A DNA stretch of 64,000 bases from Nitrospirota bacterium (GTDB lineage: Bacteria; Nitrospirota; UBA9217). A program made the position numbers and the translations under genes. The DNA is taken from the NCBI GenBank assembly GCA_963737155.1, contig CAVTRN010000002.1, positions 608,001-672,000 of the forward strand, in the 5' to 3' direction. The notes under the pieces are model-generated. The model saw only the letters and a list, made by a program, of their open reading frames with translations, did no database searches and was not told where the DNA came from. Each line of letters opens with the position of its first letter. Within the stretch, counting starts at the first letter, position 1. Shown here piece after piece: positions 43,037 through 53,094 of the stretch.

Positions 43037-46000
43037 CTATCCCAGCGTGAAAGAGATTGTAGCCCCTTTCCCGATTTCTCCCTCTGCCCAGACACTTCCT
43101 TCGTGGCGGCGAATGATCCGTTCGACAATAGCGAGACCGATTCCCGTTCCCTCAAACTCTTTTTCTGAATGAAGCCGCTGGAAGGGAAGGAACATCTTCT
43201 CGGCATAGGCAGGATCGAACCCGGCGCCGTTGTCTTTGACGAAATAAACGATCTTCGAGTCTTTTTCTGTAGCACCGAATTCGATGCGCGCATTCTCTGT
43301 ATTGGAAGTAAATTTCCAGGCGTTGTCTAACAGGTTTGTAAGCGCTATTTTCATGAGGCTGGGATCAACAACGGCGCGCAAGCCTTCGGCGACGACCACC
43401 TCGACGTTTCTCGCAGGAGCGCTTTCGTGAAGGTTGTTAACAACGGTGAATGCAAGTGTGCTTAAATCATAATCCATCCGCTCGATATTCTGACGTGATA
43501 TGTGCGACAGCCTCAGAAGATCTTCAATAAGCTGACTCATCCGGTCCGAGCCGTTCTTGATGCGGGCAAGATAGTCTCTGCCCTGTGCATCGAGCTTGTC
43601 CGCATAGTCTTCATATACAATTCTGGAGAATCCCGATACAGTCCGAAGGGGCGCTCTCAAATCATGCGACACGGAATAATTGAAGGCATCAAGCTCCTTA
43701 TTCACAGATTCAAGCTCCTGGTTCCTGGCCGCCATGTTTGCGTTCAATTGAGTGACATCCGCTTCGGCTTTCTTTCGCTCGGTGATGTCGAAAAACACCA
43801 CGGCGAAGCGGTTAGGCTCCGTCCGGTAGACGCTGACGTCGTAGCAACGCCCCAAGGGCCCGAACCATTCCTCAAAGCGTGCTGGTTCCCCGGTAAGGGC
43901 CACCTTCCCGTAGCGTTCGAACCAAGTGCGCTCTGCTGTAGGAAACAACTCGAGCGTGGTCCGCCCGACAATATCCGCGGCCTTCAGACCCGTATGATGC
44001 TGGAACGCCGGGTTGACCTCCAAATAGCGGAGATCAATGGGCCTCCCCGTGTCATCCAGGATGATCTCGTTGATCGAGAATCCCTCACTCATCGTATCGA
44101 AGAGGTTCCGGTATCGCGTCTCGCTCGCCCGAAGGGCCGTCTCTGCCGCTTTGCGTTCAGCTCTTATCCGAAGGGTCGTGATCCCGTAAGACAGATCGTC
44201 CGCCAGTTCAGTCAGCAATTTCACCTCTTCCTCGGAGAAGGGATCGGCTTCTTTGGAGTAGATGGTGATCGCCCCGAACACCTTGTCGCCAGACCACAGC
44301 GGGAAGACGATCGAGGATGCATAGCCGCGCCTGTGAGCCTCTTCACGCCAAAGCGTGAAAGCGGGATCGGTCAGCATGTTTCTGCAAACTGCGACTTTGC
44401 CAGTGCGGATGGCCATGCCGGTTGGGCCCTGGCCCCGTTCGGTGTCGGCCCACGTTAGCTGAAGTGTTTCAAGGTAACCTTCCTCGAAGCCTGCGTGTGC
44501 AACGGGACGAACTGATTTTGCATCGTCGTTTTCTGCAAAGCCTATCCAGGCCATGCTGAATCCGCAGTCTTTAACGATAATCGCGCATACATTACTCATG
44601 AATGATGTTTCGTCTTCGGCGCGGCTGACAGCCTTTCTGCCGTTACTGAGGGCTTTTAGTGCCCTATTTGATTTGTGCAGTGCCTCCTCTGCCCGCTTAT
44701 ACTCGCTAATATCATTGAAAAGAATTGCGACATTTTGGTCCTCCGGGTTGCCGACGCGATATGCATAAACATCATACCAGCGATTTAATGCTCTGGCTTC
44801 GTTCACAAAACGCAGCGGCTCACCGGTCAACGCGATTTTCCCATAAATCTCGAACCAATGTGCCTCATGAGCCGGGGCAAGCTCACGCATTAATTTCCCC
44901 GTCGCTTCATGAAGCCCGGTTTGCTTTTCAAACGCTGCGTTGACCTCAAGGAAGCGGTAATCGACGGGCCTGCCCTGCGCGTCAAAAACCATCTTGACGA
45001 TGCAAAAACCTTCGTCCATCGTGTTAAACAAATTGCGATATCGCTCTTCGCTTTCCTGCAGCGCCTCGTCAACGCGGAACTTCGCCAGCGCTACAGCAAG
45101 ATAGTCTGCCAGCTGTTCCCAGAGGCTTATCGTCGAGGAAGTAAACCGTCCCTTTCGTCTATCGTTCAATTGCAGGAGGCCCAATCGTTCTTCTCCAAGT
45201 GTTAGGCCGATCAGGGCAACCGACTCGTATCCCTCGCCGTTGCACCGGTTGCGTGTCCGGGCCTGCCTATCCGCTTCCGTTGTAGTTGCAAGCAGCGCGG
45301 TAGTGCCGTTGGTCCAGAAGTTGCCTCTTTTCGTAAAGAAGGGTTTCGACGGATCGAACCGTCCGCAAATCACGTTGCCGCACATGCACGCCAGAATAGG
45401 ATTACCGGCGCTATCGAGGATAGGATTCCCCTCCTTGTCGCAGGAGCACAATCTGTTCTCCAGCTGAACGAACTCATTCGAAAAGCCTCGTGTCTCAAAA
45501 TAGGGGTAGTCGTGTTTTTCACGAAGCCTAATGCCCACGGCCTCGCAGCCTGAATGTTGCTGGAAAAAAACCGTTGCTGCCCGGACCAGATCCGATGTCC
45601 CCCCGCATTCATTCACGAGACGCAGGAATGCCACGGTTTTCTCCCGCTCCTCCTGTGCCCGTTTCCGTTCGGTGATGTCGTGAGCGATCTTGGATGCGCC
45701 TATCGTCTTTCCGTTTGCATCCCTGATCGCGGAGAACGTCAAGGAAACGGGAATAATCGCGCCGTCCTTCCGCATCCGTACAGTCTCGAAATTCTCTATG
45801 TGTTCGCCCTGCGATAACCGCATCAGAATTTCGGGAACTTCGTCTGTATGCCCGGGAGGGACAAGAAGAGAAATATTTTTGCCAATCATCTCCTCCGCCG
45901 TATAGCCGAAAATTATCTCTGCGCCCACGTTCCACGTCTGAATAACACCATTCAGGTCCTTGCTGATGATTGCATCTTCCGCGCTCGCGACGATGGCCGC

Positions 46001-48832
46001 CAGACGACCCTGTACCTCCTCTGCCTTCTTGCGCTCCGTGATTTCATAGGCATAAATGCGCGCGACATTGAATTGAGGAATCAGTTCAATGTTCTCGCTG
46101 AAGAACCTGTCCTTGATCATGATCTCGCGATAGATGGAGGATTCGCTTTTTTTCTCCAGGTCTTTTAAAATGATATCCATGTCTTTCGGGAGGAATACCA
46201 ATGTTTCTCCCGTATTCAGACCCTGGTTTTCAAGGACCTTTTCCGTACTCAGATTAGCGAAGATGATGTTGCCGGAGGCATCCACCTCGAGAACCGGATT
46301 CGGATTGAGCTGCGGAAATGAGGCAAGGTTCTGGGTGCGTTCCTCTGCATGTTTGAGTTCGGTAACGTCGTTGTAAGTAATGACGACGCCCTCTATGCGG
46401 TTGTCCGCGGTGCGGTAGGGAAGCGTTGTTCGGACGTACCATGTGCTGTTGATCCTGATCTCCTTAGTAATCGGCACAAGTGTTTCAAGGACGCTCTGCG
46501 TGTTGACTAGGAGGTCTGGTCCGAGGTTCTCCTGGGACAGGTCAATGATCGGGCGACCCACATCCGAGGGGATCAGCTTGATGAGATTTGATATTGCGGG
46601 GGTATATCGCTTCACGCGGAAGTGGATGTCCAGAAAGATTGTGGGGATGTTCGTGCTCGCGAGGAAGTTGTTCAGATCGTTGTTCGTTACGTCCTGCTCC
46701 TCAATCTTGCACTGGAGTTGGGAGTTTACCGTGATTAGCTCTTCGTTCAGCGATTGAAGCTCTTCGCGCGACGTTTCGAGTTCCTCGTTCGCTGCCTGCA
46801 ATTCCTCGTTCGAGGACTGGAGCTCTTCGTTAAGGCTTTTTAGCTGTTCTATGTGGCTCTGAACGTCACTACGGGTCGCGGAAAGCTCGCTTTCAAGCTG
46901 GTGGATCGCAGTTTCATCGATTATAGTGGCATCGGGCTGCGCAGCGACTTCTTTCTTTGAGGAGGCGCCTTTCTCCTGAAAAACGACGATGAGCAGGTTC
47001 TCCTGCGCCTTCGTAATCCTGAGCGAGACTTGTCTTTTGCGGTTGTCATCTCCCGCCATGCTCGTGCGGATTGCCACCGGTTTATCTTCCTTGTGCGCTC
47101 GGTAGATCGCTCCGCGCAACCTGCTTCGGATGTTCTCAGGCACAAGCTCTAAAAGGCTCTGGGTCGGCACACCGCGGGGCTGGCGAAGATAGCGGTGTGT
47201 GGGACCGTTGTGGTAGATGATCTCGTGATTGTGGTCTATGGCCACAGAGGCCGGTCCGTATTCTTCAAGCAGTTTATCCTGGATGATTTCTGTGATAGAT
47301 CGACTCCTCACCATCATTTGCTCTTGTTTGGCGGGCAGCGCCTGTCGTTCTGTTGTATAAGGGACCGAGATAGGAAGTCTCGAAGCAAGTGTTGTCTCGA
47401 TCTTCAAGTATACACGGCATTGCTTGTGGCCTATGCTCTTAAAGAGCGAGCTCTTTCTGCCCACTGTTTCTGCGTTTCCGAGGAAGAGGTAGCCGCCCTC
47501 TTTGAGCGCGTAGTGGAAGAGCATGATACATTTTTCCTGGGCCTCGGGCTCCAGGTAGATAAGGAAGTTCCGGCAAATGATGATGTCGAGCTTGGAAAAA
47601 GGGGGGTCGGTCAAAAGGTCCTGCTTGGCGAAGACCACGCACTCCCGCACGTCCTTGTTGACGACAAAAAAATTGCCGTCATCAGTTGGAGTAAAGTACT
47701 TCTGTACATACTCTTGTGAAACGTCCGCTGCTATGCTCGCGGGATACTTGCCGTCGCGCGCCTTCTCCAGCGCACGGTCGTTTACGTCTGTGGCGAAGAC
47801 CTGGATATCTCTTTTTTTTCCGGCTAGACCGAGTTCCTGCAGAAGCATCATGGCGATGGAGTAAGCCTCTTCGCCCGTGGCGCTCGAAGGGGCCCAGACC
47901 CGGACAGGAAGGTCGGTGCGTACGGCAGCGATTTTCCGAACCGCCTCCATGTTCAGTGCTTTCCATGCCACCCGATCGCGGAAAAAAGAGGTTACGCCGA
48001 TCATGAGGTCGGATGCGAGAAGGGCAGCCTCGAAGTCACTGGTTGAGATGAGGTCCAGGTAATCTTTGATCGCTGAGAGCTCGTGAAGGTACATGCGTCT
48101 TCTGATCCTTCGGCCGACGACACTTTTCTTGTAGTTGTTGAAGCGGGAGCCGGTCTTCTCCTGGAGTATCCGGAAGAAACCATCGTATTCTTCCGGCGTG
48201 ATCGGGTACTCGCGGCCAACAGCGGTTTGGCCGATTCCCTGGAGCTTAAGGAGCTCCCCCGCCACGTTTTCGGGAGAGAGCACGGCATCCGCCTTGCCAG
48301 TTGCGATAGCCGCAAGCGGCATGCTGTCAAATTCCGCGGTCTGTGGGTCCTGAACGATCACGGTTCCGCCGAGTGACCGGACGGCCTGGCAGCCGCGGGC
48401 CCCATCGGTGCCCGCGCCGGAGAAGATCACGGCGATGGACCGTTCACCCGCATCTTCGGCGAGGGAGGCAAGAAATTCGTCAATAGGAAGGTGGATAAGC
48501 CCCTCGGGATGGACGGTCGTCCGGAAAAGGCCGTCCCGTAGGCGGACCTCCTTGCCCGGCCGGGAGAGGTATAGTCTTCCGGGCTGCACCTTGAGACCGT
48601 CGGATATCTCCTGGATGACAAGAGAGGGCTGTCTTGCAGAGATGAGTTCGGAGAGAATACTCTTGTGTTTCGATGAAAGATGCTGGATGAAGACCAGGGC
48701 GAAGCCGAAATCGGTCGGAAGAACGGAGAGAAACCGCTGCAGGGCGCCAAGGCCCCCTGCCGAGGCCCCGATGCCCACGATCGGGAAAGAAGGGCCCGAG
48801 TTCATATTCGTCTGGGTATTTCCCGATTGCAT
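43037..48832 (-). CDS. CheB-CheR-PAS-GAF histidine kinase (1931 aa)
   Basis: CheB (GASAGG, QHL, GTDG), CheR, coiled coil, several PAS domains, two GAF domains, H-box SVSHDLRAPL and HATPase. Confidence 0.95.
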   Translation of the reverse strand: MQSGNTQTNMNSGPSFPIVGIGASAGGLGALQRFLSVLPTDFGFALVFIQHLSSKHKSILSELISARQPSLVIQEISDGLKVQPGRLYLSRPGKEVRLRDGLFRTTVHPEGLIHLPIDEFLASLAEDAGERSIAVIFSGAGTDGARGCQAVRSLGGTVIVQDPQTAEFDSMPLAAIATGKADAVLSPENVAGELLKLQGIGQTAVGREYPITPEEYDGFFRILQEKTGSRFNNYKKSVVGRRIRRRMYLHELSAIKDYLDLISTSDFEAALLASDLMIGVTSFFRDRVAWKALNMEAVRKIAAVRTDLPVRVWAPSSATGEEAYSIAMMLLQELGLAGKKRDIQVFATDVNDRALEKARDGKYPASIAADVSQEYVQKYFTPTDDGNFFVVNKDVRECVVFAKQDLLTDPPFSKLDIIICRNFLIYLEPEAQEKCIMLFHYALKEGGYLFLGNAETVGRKSSLFKSIGHKQCRVYLKIETTLASRLPISVPYTTERQALPAKQEQMMVRSRSITEIIQDKLLEEYGPASVAIDHNHEIIYHNGPTHRYLRQPRGVPTQSLLELVPENIRSRLRGAIYRAHKEDKPVAIRTSMAGDDNRKRQVSLRITKAQENLLIVVFQEKGASSKKEVAAQPDATIIDETAIHQLESELSATRSDVQSHIEQLKSLNEELQSSNEELQAANEELETSREELQSLNEELITVNSQLQCKIEEQDVTNNDLNNFLASTNIPTIFLDIHFRVKRYTPAISNLIKLIPSDVGRPIIDLSQENLGPDLLVNTQSVLETLVPITKEIRINSTWYVRTTLPYRTADNRIEGVVITYNDVTELKHAEERTQNLASFPQLNPNPVLEVDASGNIIFANLSTEKVLENQGLNTGETLVFLPKDMDIILKDLEKKSESSIYREIMIKDRFFSENIELIPQFNVARIYAYEITERKKAEEVQGRLAAIVASAEDAIISKDLNGVIQTWNVGAEIIFGYTAEEMIGKNISLLVPPGHTDEVPEILMRLSQGEHIENFETVRMRKDGAIIPVSLTFSAIRDANGKTIGASKIAHDITERKRAQEEREKTVAFLRLVNECGGTSDLVRAATVFFQQHSGCEAVGIRLREKHDYPYFETRGFSNEFVQLENRLCSCDKEGNPILDSAGNPILACMCGNVICGRFDPSKPFFTKRGNFWTNGTTALLATTTEADRQARTRNRCNGEGYESVALIGLTLGEERLGLLQLNDRRKGRFTSSTISLWEQLADYLAVALAKFRVDEALQESEERYRNLFNTMDEGFCIVKMVFDAQGRPVDYRFLEVNAAFEKQTGLHEATGKLMRELAPAHEAHWFEIYGKIALTGEPLRFVNEARALNRWYDVYAYRVGNPEDQNVAILFNDISEYKRAEEALHKSNRALKALSNGRKAVSRAEDETSFMSNVCAIIVKDCGFSMAWIGFAENDDAKSVRPVAHAGFEEGYLETLQLTWADTERGQGPTGMAIRTGKVAVCRNMLTDPAFTLWREEAHRRGYASSIVFPLWSGDKVFGAITIYSKEADPFSEEEVKLLTELADDLSYGITTLRIRAERKAAETALRASETRYRNLFDTMSEGFSINEIILDDTGRPIDLRYLEVNPAFQHHTGLKAADIVGRTTLELFPTAERTWFERYGKVALTGEPARFEEWFGPLGRCYDVSVYRTEPNRFAVVFFDITERKKAEADVTQLNANMAARNQELESVNKELDAFNYSVSHDLRAPLRTVSGFSRIVYEDYADKLDAQGRDYLARIKNGSDRMSQLIEDLLRLSHISRQNIERMDYDLSTLAFTVVNNLHESAPARNVEVVVAEGLRAVVDPSLMKIALTNLLDNAWKFTSNTENARIEFGATEKDSKIVYFVKDNGAGFDPAYAEKMFLPFQRLHSEKEFEGTGIGLAIVERIIRRHEGSVWAEGEIGKGATISFTLG

Positions 48833-49069
48833 AAGGCCTCCGGAAATGCTTTGCTGAAAGGCGTAAGGTATAACAGTTTATCACAATGATTGGGGGGATG
48901 TAAATGGTATTCAGAATTTGTATTACGAACATGAAACTTTAGGGGCATACGAGAATGCCACTCCGTTCACAGTGTTCTGCATCTTTCTTTAAAGCAGGAA
49001 GGCACTCTCAATGGCAGTAGAGCAGGTAGATAATCAGAAGAGGACAAATGGCATTGGGCTATTGAATTG

Positions 49070-49310
49070 CTTTTGAACTTGCTCGTAAACCAGGCGACTA
49101 AGTCTTCACTCTTAATCGAGGTATTCAGCACCTCCTCATCATATAGCGCGTAACGTAGATCTGATTTTCGTTATTTGGCAATGACTATGACCGCTGCGTC
49201 CGACTTTTTTCCGCACCGGTTCGCACAATGTCAAGACTGGTCATTTTCAACACCTGCTTTGCGCTCGTAAACCTATGGGGCTCGTCGATGGCATCCAGCA
49301 CCTTTGTGAA
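49070..49310 (-). pseudogene. IS110-family transposase fragment
   Basis: AIDEPHRFTSAKQVLKMTSLD..; ..K*RKSDLRYALY.., with stops and frameshifts. Confidence 0.6.
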
Positions 49311-49560
49311 GCTCGGTTTGATTTCGATGTTTACAAAAGATGAAACAATCATATATATTTTAGGAGAGATCACTCTTGTCCAAAATAGGTTTTATAGTGG
49401 ACAGTATTTTTATGGTATGGCTAGCAGCTCTTAAATCGAGAGCATTCCAAAGCATGATAAAAGCAGCTATTAGCGGCCCTGTGAGCGGCTTCTGTCAGGA
49501 AAACCGTAGATACCCTTGAATTCTGGAGTTTTGGACAGCATATTTATAAAAAACATCCTT

Positions 49561-50098
49561 GAATACCCAGCAGCTTGCTGCTGGGATGAAAAGGATATCC
49601 TGACGAAGTCAGGATGATTTTCTGATACAATACGGGCCATGAGCCCATTGAGAAGAAGCAGACATTGTGTCTATGATCTCAAGTACCATTTCGTATGGAT
49701 ACCGAAATATCGTAAAAAACTGTTCGACGTTCGGATGACGAAACGATTGAAAGAAATCTTTCGTGAGATAGCTGAACAGTACGATTTGGAAATAGATACG
49801 ATGGAAGTCATGGATGACCATGTACACTTGTTTTTGGTTGTTCCTCCGAAGTATGCGCCTGCGAAGGTAGTACAAATGATTAAAAGTATCTCCGCCAGAA
49901 TAATGTTCCAAGAGTTCCCGGAGATAAAGAAAAAGCTCTGGGGAGGGGAACTGTGGAACGATGGTTACTTTGTCCGTTCGGTTGGCGACAAAGTAACGGC
50001 GGAAGTGATTGGAAACTATATTCGGTATCAGCATGATGAGCAAATAGGTTTTAGATTCTAGTCAAAATGCCTCGCAGCTTGCTGCGGGGTTATTTACT
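49561..50098 (+). mobile_element. IS200-type element (tnpA only)
   Basis: Subterminal hairpins CCCAGCAGC-TT-GCTGCTGGG (49566-49585) and CCTCGCAGC-TT-GCTGCGGGG (50070-50089) flank tnpA; exact ends are approximate. Confidence 0.88.
49639..50061 (+). CDS. tnpA: IS200/IS605 Y1 HUH transposase
   Basis: YHFVWIPKYR, DHVHL (HUH), LW..GYF and YIRYQ motifs. Confidence 0.95.
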   Translation: MSPLRRSRHCVYDLKYHFVWIPKYRKKLFDVRMTKRLKEIFREIAEQYDLEIDTMEVMDDHVHLFLVVPPKYAPAKVVQMIKSISARIMFQEFPEIKKKLWGGELWNDGYFVRSVGDKVTAEVIGNYIRYQHDEQIGFRF

Positions 50099-50183
50099 TC
50101 CGCGCCATGTCTATGCCAGCTGATATTCCCTTTTGGCCCTTCAAATTAAGTGTCATGAAATTGAATACGATTACTTTTCTCAT
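50099..50183 (-). pseudogene. 5' fragment of a dihydrofolate reductase/RibD C-terminal family gene
   Basis: AGGAGG RBS then MRKVIVFNFMTLN..GPKGNISWHRHG, broken off at the IS200 end. Confidence 0.6.
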
Positions 50184-50349
50184 GTTGCCTCCTGTGATTT
50201 ATTTCCCGGCAACCACCGTCAGCGTACTCCTTGATTTGAGCATATATATATTGTATTCGGAAGAATTCCCTGGAGATGTCAATGATGCCGTATAGGCAGA
50301 AAAACGGGTAGAGCACTGCCGAATACTGCTGAAAATTGTGATGTTGGGC

Positions 50350-50418
50350 TGGTAGCTAGCTAACCATTACCCTGGCCGGACCTCCACCGGCTAGAATAGA
50401 TAAGCTTGCTTGGCGCAC
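50350..50418 (-). mobile_element. 5' end fragment of a group II intron
   Basis: Minus strand reads GTGCGCCAAGCAAGC...CTAGCCGGTGGAGGTCCGGCCAGGGTAA: a GUGYG start plus a domain I-like hairpin. Confidence 0.65.
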
Positions 50419-50602
50419 CCAAGAATGGAAACTTCGACTGGATCAGGAAGGATTTGTAACCATGCAATACAGCCAGAATCTTTCACTTGACTCTGAAAAC
50501 AACCGATCCAAAGACCAGCTACAGTAGTACCTGAATACCGGGTTTCGCTTTTGCTCTACTCGACAAACGAAACTAGTTTTTTTTAGCGATCAGATTACCC
50601 GG

Positions 50603-50965
50603 TCATTTTTCGTCTTGCTTAGACTTCGCGGTCCGCTGGGGGTCCCCTTGCTTTAATGCGTCGAGGAATTCTCTGACAGGCGTCGGGTCGTATTTCCGCA
50701 TCAGCGTGCCTATATACTGCATCTGCCGGCTAAGAGGATTGTGTTTTTTAATGGTCCTTGCTGTTTTCACGGCAGCCAGGACGTTCCCAGGCAGATCGAT
50801 CCGTTTGAGCTGTTCATCCGATAACTTCACAAGTCGTTCACCCAGATCCTGCAATGACAGCGCTGCCTTCTTCTTCTGCGTTCTGCTTAAACGCACCGAC
50901 TGTTCACCGTGCACCTGCCCAGGCTGCACAGCTTTCTTCATCTCTTTTTTGTGTACCAGTCCCAT
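50603..50965 (-). CDS. YjgA/DarP (DUF615)-like protein, N-terminal portion only
   Basis: SRTQKK....LQDLGERLVKL and RQMQYIGTLMR motifs; 120 aa. Confidence 0.8.
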   Translation of the reverse strand: MGLVHKKEMKKAVQPGQVHGEQSVRLSRTQKKKAALSLQDLGERLVKLSDEQLKRIDLPGNVLAAVKTARTIKKHNPLSRQMQYIGTLMRKYDPTPVREFLDALKQGDPQRTAKSKQDEK

Positions 50966-51009
50966 ACTTCAATCCTCGCAAACTTACATTGTTTTCAAAT
51001 ATCTAGTTT

Positions 51010-51025
51010 AGCAATGAATATGCCA
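51010..51025 (-). promoter_or_regulatory. Sigma-54 promoter candidate
   Basis: Minus strand TGGCATATTCATTGCT, 45 bp upstream of the darP-like start. Confidence 0.6.
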
Positions 51026-51085
51026 TTTCATTTAAACAACCTATTGACGAATATATCCCTGATGCTAATCGATGTCAATGACATC

Positions 51086-52429
51086 GTATGGCAAGCCTCT
51101 TTAAGGTAAATTTGGTTTGTCGAAGACCAATATTTGCCGCAGGAGGACATTCCCATGAACAAGTTTAACGGTATTTTTGGACAGATTCTACAGATATTTC
51201 TCGTCAGGAATTTGTCAGGGCCGTACGAGAAACGATATCCGATAAGGGTGTAAAAGGATTCAGCTGTTGGGGCCAGTTCGTTGCGATGGTGTTCTGTCAA
51301 TTAGTCCAAGCGCACTCGATACAGGAGATTTGCGGAGGACTGGAAACCTGCCCGGGAAAACTTAAGCACTTCGGTATCGATGCAGCGCCCAAACACTCCA
51401 CCCTGGCTTATGCCAACGAGCATCGGCCGTGGCAGTCGTATCAGTAGGTGTTTTATCAGTTCTTGGCCAAATGCCGGGTACTGGCACGAGGCAAGAACCC
51501 GTTTCGGTTTAAGAACAAGCTGTTCAGCCTCGATGCCACGACCATTGAGCTTTGTGTGACATTATTTGACTGGGCGAAGTTTCGGCAGACGAAAGGTGCG
51601 GTCAAGTTTCACCTGTTTTTGGATCATGAAGGATATCTTCCAGTCTTTGCCAGTATAACCGAAGGGAATGTGCATGAAGTGAACATCGCGCATAAGCTCA
51701 CGTTTCCCAAGGGTTCCATACTGGCAATCGACCGTGGGTACGTGGACTATGAACAGTTTGCACAGTGGACGGATGCGGGAATATTCTTTGTCACGAGAGA
51801 AAAAGATAATGCCGCCTACCGGGTTGTCGAAAAACGAGAGGTTCCCAGCAACCGGAATATTATATGTGATCAGCTCATCGAGCTGACGGGCTACGAATCA
51901 ATCAAGAAGTGCCCGCATACCTTGCGACGGATAGAGGTCTGGGACGAAGAAAACGAGCGAATAATCGTTTTGTGGACGAATCATCTCGCCCTTGGCGCGA
52001 CGACCATAGCGAACATTTACAAGGACCGTTGGCAGATTGTGGTATTTTTCAAGACGATCAAACAGAATTTGAAAATCAAGACATTTGTGGGAACAAGCCG
52101 GAATGCTTTATTGACCCAGATTTGGACAACATTAATCGCGATCTTGGTGTTGAAGTATTTGAAGTTCCGATCCACGCTTGGCCGGTCACTGTCGAATCTG
52201 GTTGCCATGCTCCGTTACAATCTCTTTACGTATCGAGACTTGTGGAGGTGGCTAGATAGCCCGTTTGAAACGCCGCCGATAGTACCTTCTGCGGAGCAAC
52301 TTGTATTGAGTTATCGGTAATTGGACAGCAGAATGGGGAACCTGGATCGGAGCAAATGGATTTACCTGACTAAAAGCATTGATTGTCGAGGGTCAGCTTC
52401 AGAAAATCAGATTATCTTGGACAGCACTG
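51086..52429 (+). mobile_element. Inactive IS4-family element
   Basis: Transposase 51155-52320 has an early frameshift, a TAG at 51445 and RWQIVVFFK (catalytic Glu lost). The right end is TTGGACAGCACTG; the left IR was not found, so the left boundary is approximate. Confidence 0.85.
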
Positions 52430-52478
52430 AGGAAAGATAAATACTGAATCGTAAGAGGTGCGCCTTATTATTAAGAAA

Positions 52479-52832
52479 TCAAGCTGTCCTTTTTAAGAAT
52501 ATCAAGGCGTCATCCTCATCCGCAAAGACATCTACACGCTTCATGAGACCAGTCATCTCGAAAATTTCGCGTTGGAAATCGTTCATATTGGTGAAACAAA
52601 CACAGCCACCCCTTGCGGATGTTGTCTGTAAGATACTCAAGAAGATTGAGATTCCGCGTGTATTTATCAACTCGACGTTGGAAAAATTTATGATGAATTT
52701 TTTATAACCTCTGTCGAGAAACTGTTCACTGGCTTTTTCGATCTGATGCGCGCCTACCTCACTGAGGTAACCTCTCGGAACCATGACAGCAACGTCCAGT
52801 TCTGATTTTGATGATAACGAGAACTTAATCAC
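52479..52832 (-). CDS. STAS-domain anti-sigma factor antagonist
   Basis: INFSNVELINTRGI and IFEMTGL motifs; GGAGG RBS. Confidence 0.85.
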   Translation of the reverse strand: MIKFSLSSKSELDVAVMVPRGYLSEVGAHQIEKASEQFLDRGYKKFIINFSNVELINTRGISIFLSILQTTSARGGCVCFTNMNDFQREIFEMTGLMKRVDVFADEDDALIFLKRTA

Positions 52833-53094
52833 AGCCTGTTGCCCTCCCTGCTACATATGTCCCAAAATATCCATTCTAAACAACAATAAAAGGTCAAACT
52901 CTCCGTCAGTAATTATCCTTCGGCACCTCGACCATCTCATTCTTTTAATATCCACCGCGTTCTGTCACACACTTGCGAAGGGTTTGAGTTTATCGCTTCC
53001 TATTTAAACATACCTGCGGGAAGCTGTCAATATATCCAATGGCTAAAAACTGAAATTCTACACCAATGCTGAAGTCAAATCATGCAGAAAGAAC

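Noticed and set aside
43502-44458. 318-aa plus-strand ORF and many other short ORFs overlapping real genes
   Set aside because: They are antisense or alternative-frame shadows of well-supported genes, with no motifs or RBS.
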